Below are positions 1 through 11,758 of a stretch of DNA of 64,000 nt, one piece after another. This DNA is from Azolla caroliniana. Its lineage: Eukaryota; Plantae; Polypodiophyta. Position 1 is the stretch's first letter; every line of letters starts with the position of its first letter. The position numbers were made by a program, and so were the translations under genes. The notes beneath the pieces are model-generated. The model ran no database searches and was not told the DNA's origin. It was given only the letters and a program-made list of their open reading frames with translations. The DNA lies in contig JBHGNT010000008.1 in the NCBI GenBank assembly GCA_043228905.1, positions 19,034,001 through 19,098,000 on the forward strand, given 5' to 3'.

Positions 1-1
1 T

Positions 2-2105
2 GTGGCCGTGGTGATGATGTTCGGACTCAAAACGGCACCGGCAACATTTCAACGAATCATCATGGAAATCTTTGGTGAATATATTCCGGCTTTTATGCAG
101 GTTTTCCTTGACGATTTCACCGTCTATAGCCGGGAGGAGGACCATTTTCAGCACCTCCGTCTTTGTCTAGAAAAGTGTAGAGCGTACCGGCTAAGCTTGA
201 ATCCGGCAAAGTGTGTATTTGGCGTGTCCAGTGGAACTTTATTAGGACATATTGTGAGCCAGGAAGGTATTGCAGTCGACCCGGACAAAGTGAAAGCCAT
301 ATTAGAAGCACCGGCGCCGGCAACGGCAAAGGCATTAAGCCGGTTCTTAGGCCAGATCCGGTGGCACAGCCAGATGCTCCGATACTTGGCCGACCTGGCT
401 ACACCGTTGCATGCCGTCGTACATCGGACACCATTCCAATGGACCGACACTGAGGATAGGGCGTATAAGGCCCTCAAGGTACTATTGTCGTAGGCACCGG
501 TAGTGCAGCCTCCGGATTGGAGTAAAGAATTTCATGTGTTCGTGGACGCCTCCGACATCGCAATCGGAAGCGTACTGATGCAGCTTACGGAACCAAAGTG
601 GTACTGTCCAGTGTACTATGCCAGCCGGAAGCTATCCCAAGCAGAGCGGAACTACTCTACTACGGAACGGGAAGCCCTAGGGATGATCTACAGTGTGACA
701 AAGTTTCGGCACTATTTATTGGGAAGGAAGTTTTCCTTCCATGTAGATCATTCGGCACTCCTTTACCTAGTGTCCAAGGCGTCACTCACCGGCAAATTGG
801 CCCGGTGGACCTTATTGTTACAGGAGTTCGAGTTTGAAATATTCCACCGACCCGGTATACAGTATGCCGTAGCGGATTACTTCAGCCGATTGGAGTCCGG
901 AGAGACGGGTGACGGAGTACCGGATGAGTTTCCGGATGCGGAGCTGTTTCGAGTCACTACGGAGACGGCAGCAGATGAGACAGTGGCCCAGGAAGACAAG
1001 TGGCTCACAACTATGCACCAGTTTCTGAGCACAGGACTGCCTCCGGAAGAGCTGAACCGGGACGAACGGAAACGCCTGGCGGTTCAAAGCCGACATTTCT
1101 GCTTACTGCAAGACACATTGTACCACAAGGGCGCGGACAGCATATGGAGACGGGCGGTGCGCAGAGATGAAAAGGAACTGATACTGAGAGAAGCCCACTG
1201 CGGAGTTGCCGGAGGTCACTATGCCGGAGATGCGACGGCCAGAAAAATATGGCAAAGTGGCCTATGGTGGCCAACGACATTAAGAGATGCGGTACGGTAC
1301 GCAAAAGAATGTGACCTATGCCAGAGAATGGGCCAGCCAACGGAGCAGGCTCGTATGCCACACCAATCGGTACTACCACTCGAGCCATTCCAAAAGTGGG
1401 GGCTGGATTTTGTAGGACTGTTCAAGCCGCCGGCAATGAGAACGGGTAATCGGTACGTTATCGTTGCTACGGATTACTGCACGAAATGGGTGGAGTCCAA
1501 AGCTTTACGGGATAAAACCGTTGCGTCAACGACAAAGTTTCTATATGAGTACATCTGATGCCGTTACGGATGCCCCATTGAATTGATAAGTGATCAAGGG
1601 GGGCACTTTCTCGAACAAGTAGTGGAAAGCCTAACGACTTTCTATGCTGTGGTCCACAAACGAAGCACACCTTACTATCCATAGGCGAACGGATTAGCGG
1701 AATCAATAAACAAGACGCTCCAGAATATCCTTCAGAAGATCGTCAACGAGAACCGGACGGATTGGGACACAAAGCTACATAGCGCGCTTTGGGCATACCG
1801 GACGGCATACAAAACGAGCATCCGAACAACACCGTTCCGGTTGGCATTCAGACTCGAGGCGGTCATGCCGGTAGAATTTCAAGTACCTAGCTTACGGATC
1901 CAGCTACGAGAACGGCTGAACGAGAAGGAGTCGGAGACAATAAGGTTGACAGCGTTGTGTGAGCTGGAGGAACAACGGTTGGCCAGCATCCTACATTTAG
2001 AATTGGAGCAACGGCGACGGAAAGCATTCATCGACCGGCACCGGAAAGGTAACGAAAAAATGTTCGCAATCGGCAAACCGGTGTTAGTATTCCAAACCCG
2101 GACAA
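2..2105 (+). pseudogene. Gypsy pol (RT, RNase H, integrase), disrupted
   Basis: One frame joins ORFs 2-493, 503-1558 and 1841-. Premature stops at 491 (TAG), 1556 (TGA) and 1682 (TAG, in YP*ANG). Integrase breaks off after VLVFQTR near 2100. Confidence 0.9.
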
Positions 2106-2288
2106 AAACCATTGCGCGTAGAGACCCTCTACTTTCGCGAACCCAGGAGCACAGAAGCACCGAAACGCTGCAAGATCATCAGACGAGAACCTGCGCACAG
2201 AGAACCCCCGCCTTCTGAACTCTCTCTTTCTCAACCCCACTCTCATCACCATCCATCCTCGCCACCGCAATCCGACCCCGACACAGAG

Positions 2289-4817
2289 ATGGACCCGCAA
2301 ACGCTGTCGGAAGCCGCCAAGACATGGCTGAAGCAACACGGGCTCGAGGACTTCTTGATGATGATGGAAGTATCGCCACACAAAGAAGCCGACAAAGTGA
2401 TCAAGGAAATCGATACAGAGGTCATAACGGCAGAGGCGATTCGAGTGTTAACAGGCCTTCCGGAGGGAGGCATACTCACGATCGACAATCCAACCCCGGA
2501 GCAACTCATCAGGTATTTTGGTGAGTACTCTCTAGCCAGCAAGGGCTACCGGACACACGGCGGCGGAGATATGTTGTTCCGCGAAATTGCTCGTGTGCTC
2601 CATGAATACGGCCACGTGTACCCTAGACCCCCTGTCATGCCGCAGAACCGGGCAGGGATGATCATCGCCACCTATGAAGGGATCAAGGTGGATTGGCCGG
2701 TATTGATTGCAGACGGGTTGTGTGCGGCGATCGAGATCGTCAGAGGCAAAGACGGCAAAGAAGGCCGAGACGGACGAAGGATATGGCACGCCGTAACGCA
2801 GTGGCTCACCTTGTTGGTGCCACCCGTTCAGACCGTCCAGCCCAAGAAGCGAGGAAGAGTGTCGGACGGCACACCAAGGACGGCTTCCAAACGGCAACAG
2901 TTGTTGGCCTCGAAGGCCACTAAGGGAAAGGCGGCGGATGCAGAACAGGCGGCAGCAGGAAGCGGCAACCGGAAGCGCCCAACGGAGGCGCAAGAGGAAC
3001 CACCGGCACGGCCCGTAAAGGTCACACTCCGCCGACCGGTGAATCGAGAAGTGGACCCCTTGGCAGCAAAACTCAATGTCGGAGCTCAGGTGGAGGAAAT
3101 AGAGGAGGAGCCTACGGAGCACCTCCAGCGACGGTCGTCGACAAGGACCGTTGAGACAGTCGGGAAACGTTCGGACCCTCAGACGGAGGGAACACCGGCT
3201 CCCCATATTGAGACTCCTACGCCAAGGAAGGAACCGGAACCGGTGCAGATGGCACCGGAAACAGAAGCCCCGGCACCACCGGCAACACCGGCAAGTCCCA
3301 TCCCGCCAGAACCGGAAAGGTCACTGCAGCCTCCTTCGGTCAGCCAAGAAGAAGCGCAAGGGGAACCAGGACAGCAGGATGGTCCACGGGCGGAAACGGA
3401 ACTGCAACTCGGCGCGACCAGGCGGGACCACCCCTCTACAAGTGAGCCCATCTATCAAACCTCCGTGCAAGCACAACAAGGCACCGGTAGCCTGTGGCTC
3501 CGGTGGATATGCGAACAGATAGCCGGAGCAGTGGGGTATATAGAGGCGGAAGAAAGAGCGCAAAGCGAACGGTTTCTCGTCACAACCGAATAACTAGAGA
3601 TGGCCCGGTCCAGAATCCGGTGCCTTGAAAAAGACTTGGATCAGGTCACGACAGAGATGGCCAAAATATGGATCCAATCACTGGTGACTCCGGTAAGTGT
3701 ACAGAATAAAGAAACGGAACGACCTGTACATAGCAATAAGACCCCGGCAACGGAAACCGTTCCGGCGAGAGATGTGGTGCAAGCTCAGGAACTTGCAAAA
3801 TTGAGAGAGGAACTTGCCGCACAAGAAGCGCTAAGGAGCCGTGAACGAGAATTGAAGACGGCGGCTGAAGCCGAATTAAAGAAGACTGTTGAGAACCTCC
3901 GCCGGGTAGAGGAGAGCCTACGGAAAGGCCATCAAGCGTACGACTGGCTAAAGGAGGAGAAAGACAAAGTGCTGCAGGAAAAGGACAAGCTACGGAAAAT
4001 GGCGGAAACAGAGATTGAACGGCAACACCAGAGGCAACAGCAAGAAGACAAAGAGAGAGCGTCAACAATATTGCAGAAATTACAAAGCACATATCAAAGG
4101 CAATTGACGCATTACAAGGCGTAGGCGGAGGACAACGTCAAAATCATCAAACAACTGAAGGAGGAACGGCAAGCGGCGGAAACCAAATCGCAATTGGGAA
4201 TGAGCCGGATTCAGTCCATCCTCCGGGCATGGCTGAATCAGACGAAACACTTGATTGATGAAAGCTCCGTAAAATGGTGGACAAAGTGGGCACAAAACGC
4301 GGCGAAACTCCAATTGCTACGGGCGGATGTGGCAAACCGGCGGAAGGAAGGAGATGACTGTTATACGTTGACTTCCGAGGACTTCACCACCATACGGGAC
4401 GAGCTAGCCGACGACTTCCAAGTCCTGGCAGATGAACAGCTGGCGTAGGTCAGGCAGCTCGTAGCTCAGCTGGACGATGATAGGCTGGACGCTCAAATCC
4501 AGTTTGAAAGCTACGAGCGGTCCCGGGTGCGGGAAGAAAAAGCACGGGAAGCGACAACGGTTAACCTTAGTGATGAGGAACCGTCACCGGCTGAGGGCCA
4601 GCCGGGAACCAGTCAACCGGAGACCACTACGACGCAGGGAGCAACAACGGAGACGTCGGTGTCAGAGACACAAACGGAGGAGCAGCCGCAACAACCACCA
4701 ACGGACCCGCCGCAGCAGACAGCAACAGAGCAGCAACAACAACAACAACAACCACTTCCAGATGAACCATTGGAGCCTCTCGAACAAAGCATTCTGGACA
4801 TTTTGGACAAAGAATAG
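2289..4817 (+). pseudogene. Additional ORF 3' of pol (~842 aa: Athila-ORF/plant transposon protein-like N-terminus, Pro/Glu-rich linker, coiled coil, poly-Q tail)
   Basis: ORFs 2112-3593, 3600-4124, 4194-4448 and 4527-4817 share one frame, separated only by single stops at 3591, 4122 and 4446. The ITAEAIRVLTGLP...VDW pattern resembles Athila-type extra ORFs. Confidence 0.7.
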
Positions 4818-4871
4818 GAAGGGTCGGTTGTGGATTCGACGTACAAGGTACTGTCCCACGGGCGTGCCATG

Positions 4872-5305
4872 TGTTACCGGCCGGCAAAGGAGTCCAGAGT
4901 GGGAAACGGAGAGCTAATTAAGTAGTAGGAATGTGGTTGTAATTAAGCTATGAGTGTGGATGGACGGACCGGAATCGGTATGCCGTTCCGGATCCGGACC
5001 GATCCCGAACAGGTGCGAATGACACCGTTTTGTAATACATACCAGAAACCTATTTAAAGGCCCGAATACAATGTAATAGGGAGCGGTTAATTAATGAAAG
5101 CTTAAGCGTTGTTATCTCTCTGTGTTAATTGCCGTTCTGTCTTAATTGTTATATCTTACGCGTGTTATGAAAGACGATCCTAATAAGTAACTTAATTAAG
5201 TTGGATTAAGCGTTGAAGTCTAATCCGGTTGCCGTAACACCCTTTGGTGAAGTGTCTCCCGTAGACACCCTGTGTTAGGCCATTGTCCGGCCCGAAGACT
5301 TAACA
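4872..5305 (+). repeat. 3' LTR of the Gypsy element
   Basis: Starts TGTTAC, TATA-like TATTTAAA near 5051, ends TAACA at 5305 where Copia coding sequence resumes. An alternative end is GTAACA at 5239. Confidence 0.7.
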
Positions 5306-6158
5306 TTATGAAGTTCAGCAAAGGGAGCCTGATTGTGGCTCGGGCCCGGAAGGTAAACACATTGTACCTGATGAATGCTCGGTTATGCCTGGAAGAAGTG
5401 AACGTGGCATCCGACACTACCGGTGAGCTGTGGCACAAGAGGTTGTGTCACATGAGCGAGAAGGGGATGAAGAGGCTTGCAGACGACAACCTCATTTCCA
5501 GTGAAGAATGTGCACTTGGAGAAGTGCACTCATTGTCTGGCTGGTAAACAAAACCAGACCTCCTTCCAATCGAGGCCACCAATAAGACGTAATGCACCAC
5601 TGGAGTTGGTGCATACTGATGTATGTCAAGTGGACACGAAGTCACATGCCGGATCGCAGTACTTCGTGACGTTCATAGATGACCACAGCCGGAAGCTGTG
5701 GGCCACACCGTTAAAGACGAAGGATCAGGTGTTATCCGTCTTCAAAGAGCTCCACGCGAGAGTGGAAAGAGAAACCGGCCGGAAGCTGAAGGCGGTTCAA
5801 GCAGATAACGAAGGTGGACACCGGGGGCAATTCGAGGAGTACTGTTGCTCGAAGGGAATCCGGCTCGAATTTACCGTGTCGAAGACGCCGGAACTAAACG
5901 GGCTGGCTGAGAGGATGAACCGGACCATAATGGAGAGGGTCCGGAGTATGTTGGCGCATGCAAAATTACCCAAGATGTTTTGGGCTGAGGCGCTGTCGAC
6001 AGCGACGTATGTGATAAACAAATCACCCTCGGTGCCCTTGGATGGAGACACACCACAGAAGGTGTGGACCGGTAAGGAAGTGTCCTACCGGCATCTGAAG
6101 GTGTTCGGGTGTCTCGCGTACGTGCATGTTGCTAAGGACCAGAGAGGAAAGTTGGATC
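5306..6158 (+). pseudogene. Ty1/Copia (Tnt1-like) pol fragment: GAG-pre-integrase and integrase
   Basis: LWHKRLCH...C-x2-C, LELVHTDVC, FVTFIDD, PELNGLAERMNRT, FWAEA, LKVFGC. One frameshift. Cut at RGKLD by the next LTR. Confidence 0.92.
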
Positions 6159-6489
6159 TGTTGAGAATCAAGCTCAACTTGGTCTAGTGTGTGAACTCAC
6201 CTTGAGAGTGAAGAGACACTCCAACGGTCAAGAGTCACCACTATGTCACCACTTTGTATTCTAGCATTTAGTATGAGTCATAGAATCATATTCTATGACA
6301 CATAACTTATGAGCTTTCACATTCCCCATGCTCCATGAGTCTTGTAGTTAATGAAGAGAGAGGGTGACTACATAAATGTAGAGTCTTTCTCCTTTGTCAA
6401 TATACTTTTACCTTGCGTATTCTCTCTTACACACACACATAACTCACATCTCTTCCGCTCCACAAGAATCCATCTCTTGATTCTTTACA
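6159..6489 (+). repeat. 5' LTR of Copia B
   Basis: Inverted termini TGTTGAGAATCAAG...CTTGATTCTTTACA, immediately followed by the PBS. Confidence 0.9.
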
Positions 6490-6501
6490 TGGTATCAGAG
6501 C
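6490..6501 (+). promoter_or_regulatory. Primer-binding site for tRNA-iMet
   Basis: TGGTATCAGAGC directly after the LTR terminal CA. Confidence 0.92.
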
Positions 6502-6648
6502 GATTTGGTAGCTCGATCTAGCCCATTCGCCTCATCGTGATCATGTGTTGTGTTCTACGCCGACGACCAAGAACCGGCTCATAGCTATCGTAGCTTCGCT
6601 ACATAGCTCGCATTCGAAGAGAGAAGAAGAAGAAGAAGAATCGACATA

Positions 6649-7497
6649 ATGAATACTCAAATGGGGAGCACTCTCCCTACCGAGAAGTTGGATCGAAACA
6701 ACTTCGTATCTTGGGAGTACAAGATGCACCAATACCTTGTCGGACAAGGCTATTGGAGCTACATCAAAGGAGTGCATGAAGACCGACCCGCCGAAGCGGC
6801 TCCCGGATACGCGACATGGGAGCAAGCCGCAAGCCGCGTGATGTATTGTTTAGCGACATGTGTTCACAACCACATGCTCGGTTACATTCGAGAAGCCAAG
6901 ACGCCGAAGGAAGCGTGGGAAAATCTACGAAAGATTTTCGCCGCCAACACGACCGCAAGGAAGCTTCAACTCCGCCAAGAGTTGAACAACATTCAACAAA
7001 GGGACATGAAAATCAAAAAGCTTTGTGACTCGCTCGGCTCAATAAGCGTAAGTATAGATGATGATGAGATGGTGCAAATATGCCTCAGCGGCCTCGCACC
7101 ACGGTTCGGCACGATGCGAACCGCCGTTCTAGCACGGGAGAAATCTCCCTCCTTCTTCGAGCTCCAATCAATGCTATTGGTTGAAGAAAACCACGTGCAT
7201 ACAAGGAGCAATGAGTCGGAAGGCCACATGCTCTACATGCACTCTAATGGAGGAAGAGGACGCGGACGAGCGAGAGGCCGATTCGGCCAAGGACAAGGCG
7301 GACGAGGTCCGACCTACGACAACAACTCCCAATTTCGGCCGCAAAACGGAGGCCAACGAGGAACCTTCGCAAGAAGGGGGAGCGTCCACTCCGGCCCAAG
7401 CCGTCAAAACGCAACCGAATGCGGATATTGCGGAAAGCTCAGCCACCACGAAGAAGAGTGCCGAAAGAAAATGCGTGAATTGGGTTCCACAAGCTGA
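6649..7497 (+). CDS. Copia Gag (UBN2-type, with CCHC knuckle CGYCGKLSHHEEEC)
   Basis: KLDRNNFVSW...AKTPKEAWENL motifs, RG-rich segment, zinc knuckle. The TGA at 7495 is probably a mutated CGA in a gag-pol frame. Confidence 0.85.
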   Translation: MNTQMGSTLPTEKLDRNNFVSWEYKMHQYLVGQGYWSYIKGVHEDRPAEAAPGYATWEQAASRVMYCLATCVHNHMLGYIREAKTPKEAWENLRKIFAANTTARKLQLRQELNNIQQRDMKIKKLCDSLGSISVSIDDDEMVQICLSGLAPRFGTMRTAVLAREKSPSFFELQSMLLVEENHVHTRSNESEGHMLYMHSNGGRGRGRARGRFGQGQGGRGPTYDNNSQFRPQNGGQRGTFARRGSVHSGPSRQNATECGYCGKLSHHEEECRKKMRELGSTS

Positions 7498-7607
7498 CAA
7501 CTCACGAATTACGCACACAACTCCGACTACGAAGATCGTGGCAGAATGTATGCACACAACTCCGACCGTGGCGAAATGTAAGGGCACAACTCCGACTACG
7601 AAGATCG

Positions 7608-8390
7608 TGTTGGGAGACAGGTCCCTCCGGATGGTGCAGACCCGGTGAAGACCGGATGAGGAGTAACCGGCTACGGAGAGCCGGATGATACAAACCCGGT
7701 GAAGACCGGATGAGGACTACCCGGCTACGGAGAGCCGGATGGTGCAGGCCCGGTGTGAACCGGATGAGGAGTACCCGGCTACGGAGAGCCAGATGGTGCA
7801 GGCCCGGTATGAACCGGATGAGGAGTACCCGGCTACGGAGAGCCGGATGATACAGACCCGGTGAAGACCGGATGAGGATTACCCGGCTACGGAGAGCCGG
7901 ATGGTACAGACCCGGTGAGAACCGGATGAAGAGACATATTCGTGAATATGTTTCTGAGAGCCCATCGAGGCTACATTTGTAAATAGCCGAAAAGCCATAT
8001 TAGTATAAATATGACTTAGGGCAAACGTTTAGTAGTTGTTGTCATTTTTTCCTTGTTGGTGCAAGAAGAAGAGAGAGCACGTAACAGTGTACAGAGAGAG
8101 AGAGAGAGAGAAAGAGGTCGCTGCCTCTGTTGTAACCGCCACTTGTGGCGAAGATCGTGAGCACGAGGTCGTTGCCTTTGTGAACTCACTGTTTTGTACA
8201 TTCCAACTTAGTGATAGTTTGCAGCCTGTGGGCTACCGTGGTTTTTCCCTCTTTGGGTTTTCCACGTAAACATTCTGTGTACCCTTTTTCTCTCCTCTGT
8301 GTCGCGTGTTTTCGTTTCCTGTTTCCTGTGTATGAAAAGAAGCTTGGTTGTGGCCGAGCGTTGCGTATAAGGAGCGTTGAGTTCCCGTCA
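7608..8390 (+). mobile_element. Solo LTR (783 bp) with 5-bp TSD GATCG
   Basis: Termini TGTTGGGA...TCCCGTCA. GATCG at 7603-7607 and 8391-8395. The host Copia sequence resumes seamlessly. Confidence 0.88.
7627..7930 (+). repeat. 54-bp tandem repeat, ~5.6 copies, inside the solo LTR
   Basis: Unit CCGGATGGTGCAGACCCGGTGAAGACCGGATGAGGAGTACCCGGCTACGGAGAG starting at 7627, 7681, 7735, 7789, 7843 and 7897 (partial). Confidence 0.95.
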
Positions 8391-9157
8391 GATCGTGGCG
8401 GAATGTATGCGCACAACTCCGACCGTGGCAGAATGTTCATGATGAAACATAGAGCAAACTCTATGTCGGCTGCTACCTCAACTAGTGCCTCCGGTCCGGA
8501 AGACGTATGGTTCGTCGATTCCAGTGCCTCTAACCATATGACATCGCATCAAGAATGGTTCCGAGAACTTCGAGGGTCGAACCGACCTGGCTATGTCGAA
8601 ACCGGAGATGACACTACGCACCCGATTCGGCACATTGGCAATGTTCCGTTCAGAAAAGAAGGTAAGCAAAATTACATTAAAAATGTCTTGCATGTACCGA
8701 CCATTACAAAGAATTTGGTCTCCGTTGGCCAAATTGTAGAGCAAGGGATGCAAGTTCGATTTAATCAAGGCGGTTGCTTCATCGAAAAAGAGGGCCGACT
8801 CATTGCACGCGGATGAAGAGAGGGTCGGATGTTCATTCTCGATTCACGCGAGATGAAATCCGTCATGTTCGCGAAAAACACGAAAGCCGACTCCGATATA
8901 GAGCTATGGCACAACCGAATCGGCCACATCAATCTCAACAAACTCAAAGCAATGAAATCGAAAGGAGTCATCATCGGACTTCCGACATTCAAAGAGAAGG
9001 AGATTGAAGGTGTATGCGAAGCGTGCCAATTCGGCAAGCAACACCGACACCCATTCCCGAAAGAGCGGAACGTGAGCAAAGGTCTACTCAACGTAGTCCA
9101 TTCCGACGTATGGGGACCGGCGCAGACGGCTACATTCAGCGGATGCCGATATTACGT

Positions 9158-9409
9158 TGTCGTGAAGAATTTCGTCCAGAGGCGGAAACCGGGAAATATT
9201 GGCTACATCGGCGGGGTGCACCATGTGCACTCACACTCATGTAATTGTGTGAATAATAGGAGTTAAGTCGGGACGAAGAATCCCATCTAAATCGAGATTT
9301 ATCCCACATTGTAACGCATCCCTCTCCTTGTTCTATAAAAGGAAGGGATGGTCCCTTGTAGAAGGGTTGCCCATTTTGTATTAGTAGGGTATACTGTTAG
9401 ACGGAGAGA

Positions 9410-9449
<40 letters not shown>

Positions 9450-9930
9450 TTAGGGTTTCTTCTTCTTCTACTACTACTTCTTCTTCTTCTTCGTCCTTCT
9501 GTGCGTCGAGCCTTGGCATCTAGCGTTCCAGTTTTATGCCCTGTACTCTATGCAAGACCCCGCTCGGCGCGACAAGCCCGAGAGCTCCCCGACCGGCGGC
9601 TTGGCAGTAGTCAACGGTTGTAACTCATGCGGCCTAGGTCCGGCTATGAGTCAGTGTTGAATCTCGTTGTCTTGTAAATACATATACATTTGGTTGTGCA
9701 TATTCGAGTCTCTGTGTGTCTTAGTGTTTCTTTCTGGCTTATGTACATGTTCGTGCGAGAGTCAATGTTGCGTGCCTGCTCTCTCTCTCTCTCTCTCCCT
9801 TCGGTTGCTTCCAGTGTGTTCCTGGGGTGCCCTGGGAAAGGTGAAGCACGATTTCCTACGCTCCGTCACTCCCTAGTCCAAGACCCCCGTGGTCCCGCCT
9901 TTCTCCACGCACGCGCGTAACAACGCGATA
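9158..9930 (+). mobile_element. Solo LTR (773 bp) of the TGTCG...CGACA Gypsy family, 4-bp TSD ACGT/ATGT
   Basis: Interrupts the Copia integrase motif YYV|LFIDD. Starts TGTCGTGAAG, ends CGCGATA (CGACA with C>T). TATAAAA near 9334 and a (CT)n tract. Confidence 0.85.
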
Positions 9931-11184
9931 ATGTGCTCTTCATCGACGACTTCTCTAGGCACACTTGGATCTACCCGATGCGGCAAAAGAGCGAAGTGTT
10001 CGAACACTTCCAAATTTCAAGAATGAAGTCAAGAAAGCCATAGGCCGACATGTATAGCGCTTAAATCGGATGGCAGCAACGAGTACTTCTCCGATAATTT
10101 CACGGCGTATCTCCGAAAGGAAGGAATTCGGCGAGAATTCACTTGCCGACACACTCTGCAACAAAACAGAGTAGCCGAGCGCAAAAATCAGTACATCCTT
10201 GAAGTAGCGCGGGCCATGATGAACAAGAAGCATATGCCCAAGTCATATTGGGCCAAAGCTGTAAATACGGTCGTCTACCTAATGAACCGGTGCACAACAT
10301 CCGGCGTGCATGAGGTCACTCCGCACGGAAAATACTTCGGAAAGAAGTCGAACTTATCGCATATCCGCATATTCGGAGCGATAGTGTGCGTGCTCATCCC
10401 CAACGAGAAGCATCAAAAGCTTGACCCGAAGTCGGAGAAATGTATCCTCGTAGGATACTCATTGGAGCAAAAGGGGTACAAGTGCTACAACCCTTCAACT
10501 CGAAAATCTCGAGTAAGTCGAGACGTCATTTTTGACGAGTCCGCATCCTGGTACGCACCAGAGACAACTCCGACTCCAACTCCGCTCGACCCAGAATCTG
10601 TCGACCAAGAGATTGAGGATGAAGATCGCCCTACGCGCATGATTGAAGAAAGTCCGATCACGACCCGATTGAGCGGTGTCGTGAAGATTTTCGGCAATAG
10701 TGTGAAAATCCCATAAAACGTACAAAATCGAATATGAACCACATAATACAATAATTGTGAAGATAACATTTTAAATAAATTTAATATCTAAGTACAAAAT
10801 GATGGAGGTTTCGAATGCACTTTATTACACGAGAAACGGACAACTAAATGTCAAGATATGAGGGTATAAAGTTTGTGAAAGGAAAAGAGAAAATTGTGAG
10901 ATATCCCACATAGGCACGACAAATACGGCTCTTATCATATATAAGGTAGAGCAAAAGATATTATCTTTGTGTCTATGTGTGGAGCATAGAGAGTTCAAGG
11001 TAACTTGAACTAAGAGTGGAGGTGGGCTAGCTACTCGTAAAGGGTTTTGGCCAACCAAAACCGGACCGGCGATGGAGCCGATGATCCGACAAGGCACCGG
11101 TAACCGACGGCATCCGACGAACCGGCGTCCGGTGACTAGATAAACAAATATATAAATATATATACATATATACATATACAAGGA

Positions 11185-11255
11185 GGGCAAGTAAGGATTC
11201 GAACCTTGCACCTCTGAGTTAAGAGTCAATTGGCTTACCATTAAGCCATGCCATT
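11185..11255 (-). other. Degenerate tRNA-Lys(CUU)-like / SINE-head sequence within the LTR
   Basis: Minus strand reads box A TGGCTTAATGG, anticodon loop CTCTTAA, box B GGTTCGAATCC at tRNA spacing. Stems pair poorly, so this is not a functional tRNA. Confidence 0.6.
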
Positions 11256-11728
11256 TAGTTGAATTTATATTTCTATCATTGTACTTTTACCTGTAAATTC
11301 TCATACATGAGAGCTAAAATGAGTGACATGGTTATCATGCACCACATGTAATACATAAGCGCCAAATGGCAAGCATGCATTTTATGCATGTCTTGTACCC
11401 TCACATGCATCGTATGCATGAGAGCATCTATAAAAGAAGGAAGGGGGAGGAGAAAAAAGGAGTTTTTTTTTGGGGTTATGAAATTAAGAAGAAGAAATTC
11501 GTTATCAAATTGATCGTGTAACTTGTTTCTTAAATCTAAAGATAAAAGTTCAATCAATCGCTCTCAATCATTTAATCTCAACTTCTCTCTTTCCCAATCT
11601 ATCTTAAGTACTTTTTCGCTAAAGCTTGCGCCAAAGCTTGTACCGACTTTGAATCCTTCCGGTCTAGAACCCCGGCGGTTCCGCCTCACGATCCGCGCAT
11701 AGTGACAGATCTTCACGACATAATTAAG

Positions 11729-11758
11729 TGGTGAACCCGACATTTTTGGTGAACCCGA
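11729..11758 (+). promoter_or_regulatory. Primer-binding site complementary to the tRNA-Trp 3' end, present twice
   Basis: TGGTGAACCCGAC 8 nt after the LTR, and TGGTGAACCCGA again at ~11747. From recall, the plant tRNA-Trp 3' end is ...GUCGGGUUCACCA. Confidence 0.75.

Larger units (their letters stand above)
1..5305 (+). mobile_element. Ty3/Gypsy LTR retrotransposon, 3' part (RT-RH-INT, extra ORF, 3' LTR); 5' end outside the window
   Basis: Domain order RT (FLDD), RNase H (VDAS...YASRKL...EREAL), integrase (HHCC zinc finger, GLDFVG, SDQG). Followed by a long extra ORF and an LTR with TGTTA...TAACA ends. Confidence 0.93.
6159..10676 (+). mobile_element. Ty1/Copia element B (5' LTR, PBS, gag, PR, INT), interrupted by two solo LTRs and truncated by a Gypsy insertion
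   Basis: LTR 6159-6489, PBS 6490-6501, gag 6649-7497, protease WFVDSSASNHMT (~8510), GAG-pre-integrase 8829-9157, integrase 9931-10676. Confidence 0.92.

Noticed and set aside
491-4448. In-frame stops as programmed read-through or U-to-C editing sites
   Set aside because: All are single transitions from CAG, CAA or TGG, as expected from methylation decay. Reverse editing in ferns is organellar and this DNA is nuclear.
5234-5260. GTAACA followed by TGGTGAAG as LTR end plus PBS (tandem element)
   Set aside because: I recognise no tRNA match, and TAACA at 5305 coincides exactly with the Copia junction, making it the better LTR end.
7627-7930. CRISPR-like array
   Set aside because: Head-to-tail repeats with no unique spacers, inside a eukaryotic LTR, and no cas genes.
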